Source: a virus
Taxonomy: Duplodnaviria; Caudoviricetes
Length of the DNA stretch: 24,714 bases
IMG/VR virus record: IMGVR_UViG_3300043748_000025
Location: 1 to 24,714 of that record
Reading direction: 5' to 3' (one strand)
Shown here: piece after piece, positions 24,262 to 24,714 of the stretch
How positions within the stretch are numbered: the stretch's first letter is position 1
Layout: the number at the start of each line of letters is the position of its first letter
Made by a program: the position numbers and the translations under genes
The notes under the pieces: model-generated
Databases searched by the model: none
What the model was told of the DNA's origin: nothing
Seen by the model: the letters and a program-made list of their open reading frames with translations, nothing else

Positions 24262-24714
24262 ATGAACAATATTGCCCTTATCGGCAAAGCCCGGTCCGGC
24301 AAAGACACTGCCGCCGCATTCCTGGTGACCGAGCGAAGCTACACACGAATTGCATTCGCTGACCCGCTAAAAGAGATGGCGCTGAGCATCGACCCGCTTA
24401 TCCCTGCGGGCAGGATCATCGGGCAGCAGATTCACGTACGCCTCAGCGCCCTTGTCCGTGACGTGGGGTGGGAGTACGCGAAGGACAAGTACCCGGAGGT
24501 TCGCCGCACGCTTCAGAGCATCGGACAGACACAGCGGGAGTTCGATGCGGACTACTGGGTGAACGTCGCCCGGCGGAAGATCGATGCGGCTGAGGACTGG
24601 AACATGCCCGTGGTGGTCACGGACGTCCGGTACGAGAACGAAGCGGACATGTTGCGTGCGCGCGGCTTCCGCCTGGTGCGGATCATCCGGCCGCAGACGC
24701 AGCAGCCCGGAGAC
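24262..24714 (+). CDS. Deoxynucleoside monophosphate kinase (3' truncated by the window end)
   Basis: MNNIALIGKARSGKDT P-loop, RIAFADPLKEM, VRRTLQSIG and VVVTDVRYENEA; RBS AAGGAGG. Not in the supplied ORF track. Confidence 0.9.
   Translation, partial: MNNIALIGKARSGKDTAAAFLVTERSYTRIAFADPLKEMALSIDPLIPAGRIIGQQIHVRLSALVRDVGWEYAKDKYPEVRRTLQSIGQTQREFDADYWVNVARRKIDAAEDWNMPVVVTDVRYENEADMLRARGFRLVRIIRPQTQQPGD

Overview
This window is part of a temperate, high-GC siphovirus genome, most likely a Streptomyces or related actinobacterial phage with a phiC31-like layout. All credible genes are on the + strand. The order is: small accessory genes, an RsbW-like HATPase, a large serine integrase with a coupled degenerate endonuclease-VII-like zinc protein, a repeat-rich intergenic region, a ~470-nt RNA cluster, a permuted NlpC/P60 enzyme, HNH nuclease, a probable cos region, terminases, HK97-type portal/protease/capsid, neck and tail genes with a -1 frameshifted chaperone, tape measure, a 1149-aa multidomain tail-tip protein, GH25 endolysin, holin-like genes and a truncated dNMP kinase. 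The RNA cluster holds two hairpins, tRNA-Asn, an unassigned multi-stem RNA, a degenerate tRNA-Gln-like cloverleaf and tRNA-Leu. The most notable non-coding signals are (1) the tRNA-flanked structured RNA and the tRNA mimic, (2) a 22-bp palindrome at five late-gene boundaries, (3) an RTGTAG iteron-like array and (4) a repeat-based capsid leader. All calls were made by eye from motifs and synteny; no database search was run.
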